Shown piece after piece: positions 48,473-58,725 of a stretch of DNA of 64,000 nucleotides (position 1 is its first letter; each line of letters starts with the position of its first letter). This DNA is from an uncultured Candidatus Rokubacteria bacterium (GTDB taxonomy: Bacteria > Methylomirabilota > Methylomirabilia > Rokubacteriales > DASRDR01). The stretch is from assembly GCA_963805625.1 (NCBI GenBank), contig CAWDVE010000013.1, forward strand, positions 416,001 through 480,000, in the 5' to 3' direction. The position numbers and the translations under genes are program-made. Under the pieces are notes generated by a model. That model worked only from the letters and a program-made list of their open reading frames with translations, had not been told where the DNA came from and ran no database searches.

Positions 48473-50560
48473 TCACGGATCGAGCACGATCCGCGCGTCC
48501 ACGATCGTCGCGCCAGCTCCGAGGGATCCGACGATCACGGGGTTGAGGTCGAGGGCGGCGAGGCGCGCGCCGAGACCCGCCGCCAGCGCGGCGGCTCGCA
48601 TGACCGTGTCCACCAGGCCCGCACGATCCCCGGGTGGGCCGCCCCGGTACCCCCCCAGGAGCGCGTCGAGCGCGCGGCACTCGACAATCAGCCGCTCGGC
48701 GGCAGCCTCGTCGCAGGGGGCCGGCGCCATCGCACGCTCCCCGTAGAGCTCGGCCCGCACGCCCCCCGGCGCCACCATCACGAACGTGCCCAGCTCCGGG
48801 TCCCGCACCGCGCCGACCAGCACCTCCAGCCCCTCGACCATCGGCTGCACCAGGCAGGCCTCGCCGAGCGGCCCGAGCGCCCGGACCGCCGCGACCAGCT
48901 CCTCGAGGGTCGCGACGCCGAGCCGCACGCCGCCAACCTCCGTCCGGTGAAGCGGGCCGAGCACCTTGACCGCCACGGGATAGCGAAGACGCGGCGCCGC
49001 CGCCCGGGCCTCGTCGGCGTCCCGAACGATCACCTCGGACGCCATTCGGAGCCCGGCGCCGTCCAGCAGCGCGCGGACCGACGCCCAGGGCAGCGCGCCC
49101 GCGCCCTCCGGCGCCACGACGGTCGCCACCTCAGGCACGCGACGGGGCACCCGGGTCCGGACCGAGCGAAAGGCGAGCGCGGCGCCGAGCGCGGCGGCGC
49201 AGCTCGACACCGTGGCGAAGAGCGGCACGCGCGCCTCGTCGAGCGCCCGGAACCCCTTGCGGACGAGCCGTCCCCCGGGCCAGCAGACCACGAGGGGTTT
49301 CGTCGCCCCGCGCGCCGCCTTGATCACGTGCTCCGCCCGGGCCGCGCCCCCGCCCGCGGTCGCCATCGTCAGCGGCACGACGACGACGTCGATCCCCGGG
49401 TCCCGCGCGACCGCGGTGAGCACCTCGCCGAACGTCTCGTCCGGAAGCCCGGCCGTGATGTCGAGCGGGTTGGCGACGGTGACGTAGGGCGGGAGCAGCG
49501 CCTCAATGCGCCGCACCGTCTCCCCCGCCAGCGGGGCGAACGCGAAGCCCCGCGGCTCGAGCGCGTCCGCGAGCAGCACCGCGACGCCGCCCGACGACGT
49601 CGCCATCGCCATGCGCGGCCCGTCGAGAGTCGGCACCCGCGCGAGGTGCGCCGCCGTCTCGACGAGATGGTCGAGCTCGGTCACCTCGAGGAGGCCCGCC
49701 GACCGCGTCCAGGCCCGCCATGGCTCGCGCCCGCCCGCGAGGGAGCCGGTGTGCGAGCGCGCGGCGCGGGAGCCGGTCGAGGAGGCTCCGAGCTTCAGCG
49801 CGACCACCGCGATGCCGCGGGCCGCGGCCCGCTCGACGGCGGCCGCGACGCGGGCGGGCTGCCGCACCTGTTCGACCAGGCACGCGATGGCGCGGGCCCG
49901 GCCGTCGTCGACGAGCCAGTCGAGGTAGTCCGCGAGCGAGAGGTCCGCCTCGTTGCCCGTCGAGACGAACAGACCCACGCCGAGGCCCCGGTCGGCCGCG
50001 CGGTCGAGGAGGCAGCCGCCGAGCCCGCCCGACTGCGAGAGCACCGCCACCGGACCCGGCACGAGGGCGTCGAGCTTGCCGACCGTCGAGAAGGTGAGCG
50101 CCACTCGGTCCCAGGCGTTGACGAATCCCACCGTGTTCGGCCCGAGGAGCCGCACGCCCACCCCCCGGGCGCTCTCCACCAGGCGCGCCTGCTCCACCGC
50201 TCCGGATTCCCCCGTCTCGGCGAAGCCGGCGCCGAGGACCACCGCGAAGGGAACGCGGGCGCGGCCGCACGCGAGGATCGCGTCGGCGGCCTGGGCGGCG
50301 GGCAGGCCGATCCAGGCGACGTCCGGTGCTTCCGGCAAGGCGTCGACGCTCGGATAGGCGGGAAGGTCCCCGATCACGCGATGGCCGGGGTTCACCGGAT
50401 ACATCCGGCCCGGATAGCCGTGACGCCGCAGGAAGTGGAGCGGGCGCGCGCCCGGGCGCGAGAGGTCGCTGGGCACTCCGATCAGCGCGATCGCCCGCGG
50501 CGCGAACAGGCGCCCGAGGTCCGCCGCGCGCCCCGTCACGCTCGGGCCTGCCTCCGTCAT
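48473..50560 (-). CDS. Acetate--CoA ligase (ADP-forming) family protein
   Basis: CoA-binding domain, GPNTVG, SQSGG, GNEAD, SHTGSL, NPLD, ATP-grasp DLNP. Confidence 0.92.
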   Translation of the reverse strand: MTEAGPSVTGRAADLGRLFAPRAIALIGVPSDLSRPGARPLHFLRRHGYPGRMYPVNPGHRVIGDLPAYPSVDALPEAPDVAWIGLPAAQAADAILACGRARVPFAVVLGAGFAETGESGAVEQARLVESARGVGVRLLGPNTVGFVNAWDRVALTFSTVGKLDALVPGPVAVLSQSGGLGGCLLDRAADRGLGVGLFVSTGNEADLSLADYLDWLVDDGRARAIACLVEQVRQPARVAAAVERAAARGIAVVALKLGASSTGSRAARSHTGSLAGGREPWRAWTRSAGLLEVTELDHLVETAAHLARVPTLDGPRMAMATSSGGVAVLLADALEPRGFAFAPLAGETVRRIEALLPPYVTVANPLDITAGLPDETFGEVLTAVARDPGIDVVVVPLTMATAGGGAARAEHVIKAARGATKPLVVCWPGGRLVRKGFRALDEARVPLFATVSSCAAALGAALAFRSVRTRVPRRVPEVATVVAPEGAGALPWASVRALLDGAGLRMASEVIVRDADEARAAAPRLRYPVAVKVLGPLHRTEVGGVRLGVATLEELVAAVRALGPLGEACLVQPMVEGLEVLVGAVRDPELGTFVMVAPGGVRAELYGERAMAPAPCDEAAAERLIVECRALDALLGGYRGGPPGDRAGLVDTVMRAAALAAGLGARLAALDLNPVIVGSLGAGATIVDARIVLDP

Positions 50561-50696
50561 GGCGCACACCTTAGCCCGAAGCCGCGGCCTTCCCAAGACC
50601 CGGCGGCGGCAAAGCGTCGCTCACGCTTCACGGGGTACTCGCACACGCCGCCTCCTGCATTGCGCGAGGCGCAGCGCCACCGCATAATGCGTCGGC

Positions 50697-51620
50697 GTGA
50701 AGGTCCTCGTGACGGGCGGCGCGGGCTTCATCGGCTCCCACGTGGTGGATCGCTGCATCGAGGCGGGGCACGAGGCCGCCGTCGTGGACGACCTCAGCTC
50801 GGGTCGACGCGAGAACGTCAACCTCGCGGCGCGCCTCCACGTCGCCGACGTTCGCAGTCCAGCGCTCCACGACGTCTTCCGGGCCGAAGCGCCCGAGGCC
50901 GTGATCCACCTCGCGGCCCAGGCCGCCGTCAGCCGCTCCGTCGCGGATCCGCGCCTGGACGCCGAGATCAACATCCTGGGTTCGATCAACGTCCTCGAAG
51001 GCTGTCGGCAGTTCGGCGTGCGGCGCGTCGTCTACGTGTCGACGGGCGGCGCCGGCTATGGCGACACGGACGTGATCCCGACGCCCGAGGACCACCCCAC
51101 CCGGCCCATCTCCCCGTACGGCGTGTCGAAGGTGACGGCCGAGGTCTACCTCGCCTGCTGGGGTGCGCTCTACGGACTCAGTGGGATCGTCCTGCGCCTC
51201 GCCAACATCTACGGGCCCCGTCAGAACCCGCACGGCGAGGCTGGCGTGGTGGCCATCTTCACGGACCGCCTCCTCCGGGGTGAGCCGTGCGTCATCAACG
51301 GCGACGGGCTCCAGACCCGGGACTACGTCTACGTGGGGGATGTCGCCGAAGCCGCACGGCTCGCGCTCGAACGGGTCGACGTGACGGGGCCCGTGAACAT
51401 CGGCACCGGCGTCGAGACGTCGGTCGTGACGCTCTTCGAGCGCCTCCGGGCAGCAGCGGGCGGCGGGGTCGATGCCCAGCACGCGCCCGCGCGACCCGGC
51501 GAGCAACGCCGAAGTCTTCTGGACGCCTCCCGTGCCCGACGGGTCCTCGGCTGGACCCCACGGGTGACGCTCGACGAGGGCCTCCGCCGGACCATCGCGT
51601 CGGTCCGGATCCGCACCTAA
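50697..51620 (+). CDS. NAD-dependent epimerase/dehydratase (UDP-glucose 4-epimerase-like)
   Basis: VTGGAGFIGSH, YGVSK, NIYGPRQ, TRDYVYV. Confidence 0.92.
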   Translation: MKVLVTGGAGFIGSHVVDRCIEAGHEAAVVDDLSSGRRENVNLAARLHVADVRSPALHDVFRAEAPEAVIHLAAQAAVSRSVADPRLDAEINILGSINVLEGCRQFGVRRVVYVSTGGAGYGDTDVIPTPEDHPTRPISPYGVSKVTAEVYLACWGALYGLSGIVLRLANIYGPRQNPHGEAGVVAIFTDRLLRGEPCVINGDGLQTRDYVYVGDVAEAARLALERVDVTGPVNIGTGVETSVVTLFERLRAAAGGGVDAQHAPARPGEQRRSLLDASRARRVLGWTPRVTLDEGLRRTIASVRIRT

Positions 51621-51737
51621 CGCGGCCAAGACCCTGACCGCTCGCGCTGAGCAGTGCGCGGCGCGCCTCTCGAGCGCGGGGCTAGCTGGCTCCCGCTTCG
51701 CCGGTCTGCCGTTTCCCCTGACCGGCATCCGACGCCT

Positions 51738-51983
51738 TCACTGAATAAGCTTGTCCGCCCGCAGCAGCAGCGACTGCGGGACCGTGAGGCGGAGCGCCCT
51801 CGCAGTCTTGACGTTGTTGTTGAGTCCATGTCGCAGCGCTTCCAGGCACGGGTCCTCGTTGGGAAAGCCCCCTGCGACCACACCGATCCTCGGGATCGCC
51901 GGCTGCGTCTCGGCAGCGAGCGGCGCCGTGAGGAGAGCACAGCTCAAGACGAGGAACCATGCGGGCTGCAGTCTCATGTTCAT
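51738..51983 (-). pseudogene. Internally deleted ABC substrate-binding protein
   Basis: Signal peptide plus PRIGVV...LRHGL joined directly to the C-terminal NVKTARALRLTVPQSLLLRADKLIQ. Confidence 0.75.
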
Positions 51984-52110
51984 GTCCAGCTAACGTCGGG
52001 CATCAGGCGCGACCGGCCATTGAAGCCGCACCGTGAGCGTACGTGCCCCGACTTCTGGCCACTTGCTGACAGGCTCGACCCGCGCGGCGCCGCGACGCTT
52101 CACGGGTCGG

Positions 52111-53271
52111 CTACCGGGGATCCTCACGAAGGCCGAGCGCGTACTCGCCCACCAGGACCCGGTGGATGTCGTTCACCCCCTCCACGACCTGGAGGAACTT
52201 CGCGTCCCGCAGGAACCGGCCCACCACGTACTCCTCGGACACGCCGTACGCCCCGTGGATCTGGACCGCATCCGACGCGGCCCGGAACGCCATCTCCGAG
52301 GCGTACAGCTTGGCGATCGACGATTCCCGCCGCGCGCGGCGCACGCCCTGCCCCTTCAGCCAGGCCAGGCGATAGGTGAGGTACCGGGCCGACTCGATGC
52401 CGAGCACCATGTCGGCGATCTTCGCCTGCACGAGCTGGTAGCGGGCGATCGGCTGGCCGAGCACGACGCGCTGCCGCGCGTACGCCGCCGACGCGTCGAG
52501 ACAGCCCTGCGCCAGCCCGACCGCGCGACACGCCACGGAGAGACGCCCGTTCTCGACCGCGCAGAGGGCGACCTTGAGCCCTTCACCTTCCCGGCCGACC
52601 AGGTTCTCCGCCGGTACCCGGCAATCCTCGAACACGAGCTCGCCCACCTGGGCGGGCCGGAAGGCGAGCTTGTGGCGGATCGGCCGCTCGCTGAAGCCCG
52701 GGAACCCCCGCTCCACGACGAAGGCGCAGACGCCGCGCGCGCCCTTCGTGCGGTCGAGCGTCGCGAAGGTGAGGTACCACTCGGCCAGGCCGACGCCGGA
52801 GATCCAGATCTTCGAGCCGTTCAGCACGTACTCGTCGCCGCGGCGGACCACCGTGGTCTCCATGGCGGCGACGTCGGTCCCCGAGTGGGGCTCCGTCACG
52901 GCCGTTCCAGCGAAGGTCTCGCCACGGGCGAGCGGGACGAGATAGCGCTGCTTCTGCGCCTCGGTCCCGAACTGGAGGATGCCCGAGCCCACCAGCCCCG
53001 CGGCGCGTCCCATCGCGGATCCCATATGGATGCAGACGCGCGACATCTCCTCGATCCCGAGCGCCATGGTGAGATGGTCGATGCCGGGCCCGCCATACGC
53101 CTCGGGGATCGTGCCTCCCAGGAACCCAAGAGGGGCCATCTTCCGGACGATCTCCACGGGGTAGCGCTCCTCCCGGTCGTAGTCGCGCACGTGCGGCGCC
53201 ACCTCCTGCTGCGCGAACTCCCGGACGAGCGCCTGGTAGCGCTGCTGCTCCTCGGTCAGGCTGAAGTCCAC
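52111..53271 (-). CDS. Acyl-CoA dehydrogenase
   Basis: TEPHSGTD, NGSKIWIS, QIHGAYG, VVEGVNDI. Confidence 0.93.
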   Translation of the reverse strand: MDFSLTEEQQRYQALVREFAQQEVAPHVRDYDREERYPVEIVRKMAPLGFLGGTIPEAYGGPGIDHLTMALGIEEMSRVCIHMGSAMGRAAGLVGSGILQFGTEAQKQRYLVPLARGETFAGTAVTEPHSGTDVAAMETTVVRRGDEYVLNGSKIWISGVGLAEWYLTFATLDRTKGARGVCAFVVERGFPGFSERPIRHKLAFRPAQVGELVFEDCRVPAENLVGREGEGLKVALCAVENGRLSVACRAVGLAQGCLDASAAYARQRVVLGQPIARYQLVQAKIADMVLGIESARYLTYRLAWLKGQGVRRARRESSIAKLYASEMAFRAASDAVQIHGAYGVSEEYVVGRFLRDAKFLQVVEGVNDIHRVLVGEYALGLREDPR

Positions 53272-53280
53272 GCGTTCCTC

Positions 53281-53350
53281 CGAATCAATGCGGGCGAATC
53301 AATGCGGGCGAATCAATGCGGGCGGGTCAATGCGGGCGGGTCAATGCGGG
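53281..53350. repeat. 14-bp tandem repeat x5 (VNTR)
   Basis: (CGAATCAATGCGGG)x3 + (CGGGTCAATGCGGG)x2. Confidence 0.92.
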
Positions 53351-54714
53351 TGATGGGAGAGCGCGAGCGTCCGGAGACCATCGGTCAGCTCGCGGGCGCT
53401 CTTGAGCTCGCCGACGCGCCGGCAGAGCTCCCAGGCCGATCCGGCGCCCCCGGCTCCGAGGTCGGATCCGGCGAGCGCGACGAACTTCTCCCGGAGCGCG
53501 CTCTCCGAGTACGGGCGATCGAACTCCCCGAGCGGCTGGTCGACCTGCCGGGCGAGCATCCGCCCGTCCGCGAGGCGCATCTCGACGCGAGCGGGCCGTG
53601 CGTGCGGGGTGAGCGCGGTCAGCGCGGGATCCTCCACGACCTCCACCCGCCGGGCGAGAGCGCGCACGCGGGGGTCAGACAGAGCGGGCTCTCGGAAGGC
53701 CTCCACCCCGCAGTCGCCCCACTTTCCGAGGACGAGCCGGACGGCGAGGGTGTACGGGATCGAGAACTTTGCGCCGAGCGCCCCGACCGGGTCCTGGTCG
53801 CTCATCGTGGCGCCGAGGGCCGAGGTCGCGACGCGGATCGACGCGATCCGCTCGGGCGCGATGGCGGTCATCTCCAGGAGCTCCTCGATCGCGTCGACGG
53901 CGGGGTGATTGTACCGGCAGCAGGCGTGGCGCTTGAAATAGTTGCGCGAGATCTCGAAGCGCTCGCCGAGCCCGTCTAGGACCGCGGGCGCGGCGAGTCC
54001 GGAACCGCTGATCCGGCCGAAGATCTCGGTGAGCATGTCGGGCAGCGGCGTGATCCCGGCGACCGCGAGGTCGGCGGCGAGCCAGCCGTTGGCGCCCGCC
54101 ACCCCCGCGTAGGCGTTCCGCACGGTCGCTCCGCCGAGCGCCGTACGCCAGGACGTCCCCAGCGTGAGGCCCGCGGCCACTCCGAGCGCCCGGGCGGTGA
54201 CGTCCTCGTCCAGCTCCCGCAGTCGGGCGACGGCGGCCGCTGCACCCAGGGTTCCGTGGACGCCGTGCATGTGCATCCCCGGGCGGACCGGCGCCCCGCC
54301 GCCCAGCCGTGCCGCCACGTCGTAGCCCACCACCAGCGCGGCGAGAAGGGCCCCGCCGGACCGGCCGAGCCGCTCGGCCTCCGCCAGAGCGGCCGGCAGC
54401 ACGTGGATCCCGGGATGACCCCGCGCGAACCGGTTCCCCTCGTCCAGCTCGAGCATCGTGCCGGCGAGGCCGTTGGCCACGATCGCCCACCATGGCTCGA
54501 CGAGGGCGAAGCCCTCCCCGAGAACGGTGGCCACCCCCATGGCCCGGTCTGCGCCAGCGTGGAGCCGTCGAACCTCCGGCTCGTGGCTCCCTCCAAGGAT
54601 GGCGCCGATCGTGTCCGCAATGACCAAGGCCGCGCGGTCGCGCACCGCGCCGGGGATGACGCCCTCGGAGGTCCCCGCCACGAAGCGGGCGAGCCCGGCC
54701 AGAACCGGCTCCAT
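53341..54714 (-). CDS. MmgE/PrpD family protein
   Basis: LELDEG...GHP, VVGYDV, YFKRHACCRYNH, KFSIPY. Confidence 0.92.
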   Translation of the reverse strand: MEPVLAGLARFVAGTSEGVIPGAVRDRAALVIADTIGAILGGSHEPEVRRLHAGADRAMGVATVLGEGFALVEPWWAIVANGLAGTMLELDEGNRFARGHPGIHVLPAALAEAERLGRSGGALLAALVVGYDVAARLGGGAPVRPGMHMHGVHGTLGAAAAVARLRELDEDVTARALGVAAGLTLGTSWRTALGGATVRNAYAGVAGANGWLAADLAVAGITPLPDMLTEIFGRISGSGLAAPAVLDGLGERFEISRNYFKRHACCRYNHPAVDAIEELLEMTAIAPERIASIRVATSALGATMSDQDPVGALGAKFSIPYTLAVRLVLGKWGDCGVEAFREPALSDPRVRALARRVEVVEDPALTALTPHARPARVEMRLADGRMLARQVDQPLGEFDRPYSESALREKFVALAGSDLGAGGAGSAWELCRRVGELKSARELTDGLRTLALSHHPH

Positions 54715-54737
54715 GCAGGTCTCGGCGACGCGCGGTC

Positions 54738-55196
54738 TCAGCGCCGCGGGGCCTGGAATGGAAGGGGCTCGCGCCCGGCGAACGGGTTCCGGCCTGGGGG
54801 CCACGTCTCACGGGGCTTCTCGTACGTGACCTCGAGCATGTGGCCGTCGGGATCCTCGAAGTACACCGACAGGTTCGCACCATGGTCCATGGTCGCGCGC
54901 ACGGCTACCCCTCGGGCGGCGAGCGAGCCGTGGAAGGCCTGGAGGTCCTCCTCGCGCTCCACCTGCCAGGCGACGTGGAACAGTCCCACCTGCGCCGGCG
55001 CCTGGGGGGCTGCGTCCGGCCCCACCTTCCAGAGGCCGAGATCGTGCGAGTCAGTGTTCCCCGGTACCGAGAAGAAGACCATTCGACCCGGCAGCCGGCC
55101 GGTCACGACGAGTCCGAGGACGCCCGTGTAGAACGCCTCGGAGCGATCCAGATCGCGCACCTTGAGGACCACGTGGCCGAGCTTCTTCAGCGCCAT
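54738..55196 (-). CDS. VOC/glyoxalase family protein
   Basis: LGHVVLKVRDLDRSEAFY, GLFHVAW, SVYFEDPDGHMLE. Confidence 0.9.
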   Translation of the reverse strand: MALKKLGHVVLKVRDLDRSEAFYTGVLGLVVTGRLPGRMVFFSVPGNTDSHDLGLWKVGPDAAPQAPAQVGLFHVAWQVEREEDLQAFHGSLAARGVAVRATMDHGANLSVYFEDPDGHMLEVTYEKPRETWPPGRNPFAGREPLPFQAPRR

Positions 55197-55451
55197 GGCG
55201 GCCTCCCCTCGAGCGGTCATGATAGCGGAGCCGGGGGACCGCTCCAACCCGCCAGGCCTCCCGGCGGCCGTCCAGGCCCCCGCAGGGCCCCGGACCCCGC
55301 AACGATCGGCCAGCGGAAGCCGTCTCATCAGTAGAGCGGGTAGGTCCCGGCGGTTCCCGCCGGAGGGGCTTGCCGCGTGGGAGCCCATGTTAGGATCAGG
55401 ACGGACGGTCCGAGACATCGCCGTCTCCGGACCGGAGGAGAGCGACCGGGC

Positions 55452-55721
55452 GTGGAACTCATCCCCCACGTGACGCGCTGCGACGAGTGCGTGGAGCTCC
55501 TCGTGGACTACATAGCGGGAGAGCTCCCACCGGAGCGCTCGAGGGCGCTCGAGATCCACCTTGACCTGTGTCCCTCGTGCGTTTGCTTCGTGAATACCTA
55601 CCGGGACACCGTCAACATCGCCCGCACGCTCCAGGCCGAGGACATCCCTCCCGAGCTGACCCAGCGCCTCATCGACTTCCTCCGCAAGGAGAAGGAAGCC
55701 CCGCACCGACGCCCGGATTGA
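55452..55721 (+). CDS. zf-HC2 (anti-sigma-like) protein
   Basis: CDECVELLVDY...HLDLCPSC; GGAGGAG RBS. Confidence 0.82.
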   Translation: MELIPHVTRCDECVELLVDYIAGELPPERSRALEIHLDLCPSCVCFVNTYRDTVNIARTLQAEDIPPELTQRLIDFLRKEKEAPHRRPD

Positions 55722-55801
55722 CGCCTCCGCGCCTGGCCTCGCATACTCGGAAGCCAGAGACGCGCTGACGCGTCGGTCACCCTCGCTCTGGAGGTCGGCC
55801 A

Positions 55802-56677
55802 ATGCCCCGCGGGATGCGCTTCGGGCTGTGCACTGACCAGAACCTGCCGTTCGCCACGCTCGTCGAGCGCTGGCAGCACTTCGAGCGCCTCGGCTTCGAC
55901 AGCGTGTGGGATTGCGACCACTTCAACCAGCCCAGCCGGCCGACCGGGCCGTACTACGAGGGCTGGACCCTCCTCGCCGCGCTCGCGGCCCGCACGTCGC
56001 GCATTCGCATCGGGGTCCTCGTCAGCTGCAACACGTTCCGCCATCCGGGGCTCCTCGCGCACGAGGCGATGACGGTCGACCACGTCTCCAATGGCCGGCT
56101 CGAGCTCGGTCTCGGTGCCGGGTGGTTCGTTCCCGAGCACGAGCAGTTCGGCATCCCGCTCCCGCCGCCCGGGGAGCTGGTCGGCCGCTTCCACGAGGCC
56201 GTCCAGATCGTCGACGGGCTCTTGCGCCACGGCCAGCTCACGTTCGCCGGAAAGTACTACCGGCTGACGGGCGCCCACGTCCGCCCGAGCCCCATCCAGC
56301 GGCCGCGCCCTCCGCTGACGCTCGGCGCCCACAAGTCGCGCATGCTCCGGATCTGTGCGGAGTACGCCGACGCCTGGAACTCGTTCGGCACCCTGGGTGA
56401 GATGCGCGAGCGCAACGCGATCCTCGACGAACACTGCGCGGCGATCGGCCGGGATCCGGGAACGATCTGGCGATCGTTCTACGGCTGGGCGTCCAAGATG
56501 AAGGAGCAAGGGCTCGCCGACCCCTGGTCGAGCGTCGGCGCCTTCGAGGAAATGGTGGGCCGCTACGGCGAGGCCGGGGTCAATGAGTTCCTGGTCGACG
56601 CCCCGGGCCTGGAGCACTTCTCGGTCCTCGAGCGGGTCGCCACCGACGTCATCCCCCGGCGCCGCGCAGGCCAGTGA
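55802..56677 (+). CDS. LLM-class flavin-dependent oxidoreductase
   Basis: GFDSVWDCDH, EGWTLLAALA, FRHPG, GRLELGLGAGW. Confidence 0.92.
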   Translation: MPRGMRFGLCTDQNLPFATLVERWQHFERLGFDSVWDCDHFNQPSRPTGPYYEGWTLLAALAARTSRIRIGVLVSCNTFRHPGLLAHEAMTVDHVSNGRLELGLGAGWFVPEHEQFGIPLPPPGELVGRFHEAVQIVDGLLRHGQLTFAGKYYRLTGAHVRPSPIQRPRPPLTLGAHKSRMLRICAEYADAWNSFGTLGEMRERNAILDEHCAAIGRDPGTIWRSFYGWASKMKEQGLADPWSSVGAFEEMVGRYGEAGVNEFLVDAPGLEHFSVLERVATDVIPRRRAGQ

Positions 56678-56822
56678 CCCGGGCCCTGGCCGGGGCCGCG
56701 CGTCACGCGTGAGACATCGGATCGCGCGCGCCGGGGCGATCGCCTTCGCGCTGGCGCTGATCGCGGGTCCCGCGGCCGAGGCCGAGGAACCATCCGAGGC
56801 GCTTTGGCTCACGCGGCTCGAA

Positions 56823-57290
56823 CTACGGCAACACGGCCCGAATCGCCTCCCACAGGTCAACCAGATCAAACGGCTTCACGAGGGTGGCGTTGGCCCCGAC
56901 CTCCGCGGCGACCGTCGCGGTGGCACGATTTGCGTAGAGCGCGTCGGCGCTCGTGACGATGATGGGAACGGTAGGGTACAAGCGGCGCACCGCCCGAATG
57001 AATCCGAAGCCGTCGAGCCGAGGCATGGCGACGTCCGTCACGACGAGATCAGGGACCCACTCCTGAGCGAGCGCCAGCGCCTCCTGGCCATTCGCTGCCG
57101 ACAGCACGCGAAAGTTTCCTTCCTGTAAGGCGTCACGTAGGGTCTCCAGGAGTACGGGATCGTCGTCGGCGACCAGCACCACCGGCAAGAGGGTGGTAGC
57201 CTGGTGCCTCGCCAGCGGCGTCCGGGCATCGGTTACCGCCATCACTCGCCCGGCCGACACGTTGAAGGCGGGTTGGCGCCGCATCGCCAT
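56823..57290 (-). CDS. Response regulator receiver protein
   Basis: VLVADDD, DLVVTDVAMP, KPF; GGAGG RBS. Confidence 0.82.
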   Translation of the reverse strand: MAMRRQPAFNVSAGRVMAVTDARTPLARHQATTLLPVVLVADDDPVLLETLRDALQEGNFRVLSAANGQEALALAQEWVPDLVVTDVAMPRLDGFGFIRAVRRLYPTVPIIVTSADALYANRATATVAAEVGANATLVKPFDLVDLWEAIRAVLP

Positions 57291-57808
57291 CGGACCTCCG
57301 ATCCGCGACCACCGGGGTCGCCTCGAGCTCGCTAGCGCTGGCGAGGGTGCAAGAAGGATGCCCTCGCGCTGGATGAGCCAGAGGCACAAAGCGCGACCCA
57401 TCGCTTGTGTCGGTCAAGATGTCTCCACGACGACACTTTCACGGCCGGATCCTGTGGCGCAGGGGAATATCGATGTCGGCGGCAGCGACCACGACGCTAC
57501 GCCATCAACTGAGCAACGCTTTGCCTAGTCTCCATGTCGAACGACACCGTGTTGTGCACGATCTTGCGCAAGCCGGATGTCGAACGCCAGCCGAGTGACG
57601 GTGCGCCTGCCATCGGCGTCCGTGCCCCCGAACTGGTCGAGGCAGCTGACGAATGAGACTTTCACGATCGCGTCGACTACCACGCGAACTGCGGCCTCGT
57701 CAGCGCCCCCCGTGTTGCCGCCGCTCTTGCTGGAATGGTAAGACTGGACACGAGCGATACCGGACGGGCCGAATCCACCGTCGTGATGGACCCCACGACA
57801 CCGCAAAT

Positions 57809-58705
57809 CTAGCTCCCGCTCTCGCTCCCCAGGAACTCCAGGAACGTGCGACAGAGCGGGGAGCGCGACCGACTCGCGTGGGTGACCACGTAGAAGTGAC
57901 GCGTGACCGTCAAGTCCTTGAGCTTCACGCAGCCGAGGAGCCCGTGGCGGCACTCGTCCTCGGCGGCCCGGCTCGACATGACGGACAGCCCGACGCCGGC
58001 CTTGACGGCCTGCTTGATGGCGCTGGTCGAGCCCATCTCGGCGATGACCTGCATCTCTCCCAGGCTTCGCCCGGCCGCCTCCAGCGCACGCTCGAGCGCC
58101 TGCCGGGAGCCCGATCCCGGCTCGCGCACGATGAGAGGCTCGGCCCGGAGCTCGTCGAGGGTGGCCTCATGGCCGCCGATCCACCGGTGCCCCGGCGGGA
58201 CGGTCAGGACCAGCTCGTCCGGCATGAGGGCCCGCGCCTCGAGCCCGCGGTTGCCCGGGTCGGCCCCCACGATGCCCGCCTCGACCTGGCCGTCCAGCAC
58301 GGCCTGGACGATCCCGCGCGTGTCCGAGATCTGCAGCGTGATGGCCACGCGCGGGTGTCGCTCGCGGAACCGGCCGATGACGGCCGGGAGGACATACTCG
58401 CCTGGGATGGTGCTCGCGCCCACGCGGAGCGTGCCGGTGACCTGACCGAGGAACTGGTCGAGCGCCTGCCGCGCCTCGGTCCGGAGCCCGAGCATCTGCC
58501 GTGCGTAGCCGTAGAGAAGCTCCCCGGCTCGCGTCGGCACGGTCTCCCGGCTCAGGCGGTCGAACAGTCGGGTACCCAGCTCCTCCTCGAGGAGCCGCAC
58601 GTGCTCGCTCACGGTGGACTGGGTGAGTCGGAGGGCGGAGGCGGTCCGCGAGAAGCTCCGGAGCTCGTACACCCCGGCGAAGACCTCGAGCTGGCGAAGA
58701 TCCAT
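57809..58705 (-). CDS. LysR-family regulator (CysL-like / selenium-metabolism-associated type)
   Basis: MDLRQLEVF...SFSRTA..L.LTQSTVSEH; GASTIPGEYVLP; REPGSGSR. Confidence 0.88.
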   Translation of the reverse strand: MDLRQLEVFAGVYELRSFSRTASALRLTQSTVSEHVRLLEEELGTRLFDRLSRETVPTRAGELLYGYARQMLGLRTEARQALDQFLGQVTGTLRVGASTIPGEYVLPAVIGRFRERHPRVAITLQISDTRGIVQAVLDGQVEAGIVGADPGNRGLEARALMPDELVLTVPPGHRWIGGHEATLDELRAEPLIVREPGSGSRQALERALEAAGRSLGEMQVIAEMGSTSAIKQAVKAGVGLSVMSSRAAEDECRHGLLGCVKLKDLTVTRHFYVVTHASRSRSPLCRTFLEFLGSESGS

Positions 58706-58725
58706 GGGGCCGCGACGTGCTCGCG

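Noticed and set aside
53281-53350. CRISPR array
   Set aside because: Contiguous 14-bp units without spacers and no cas genes.
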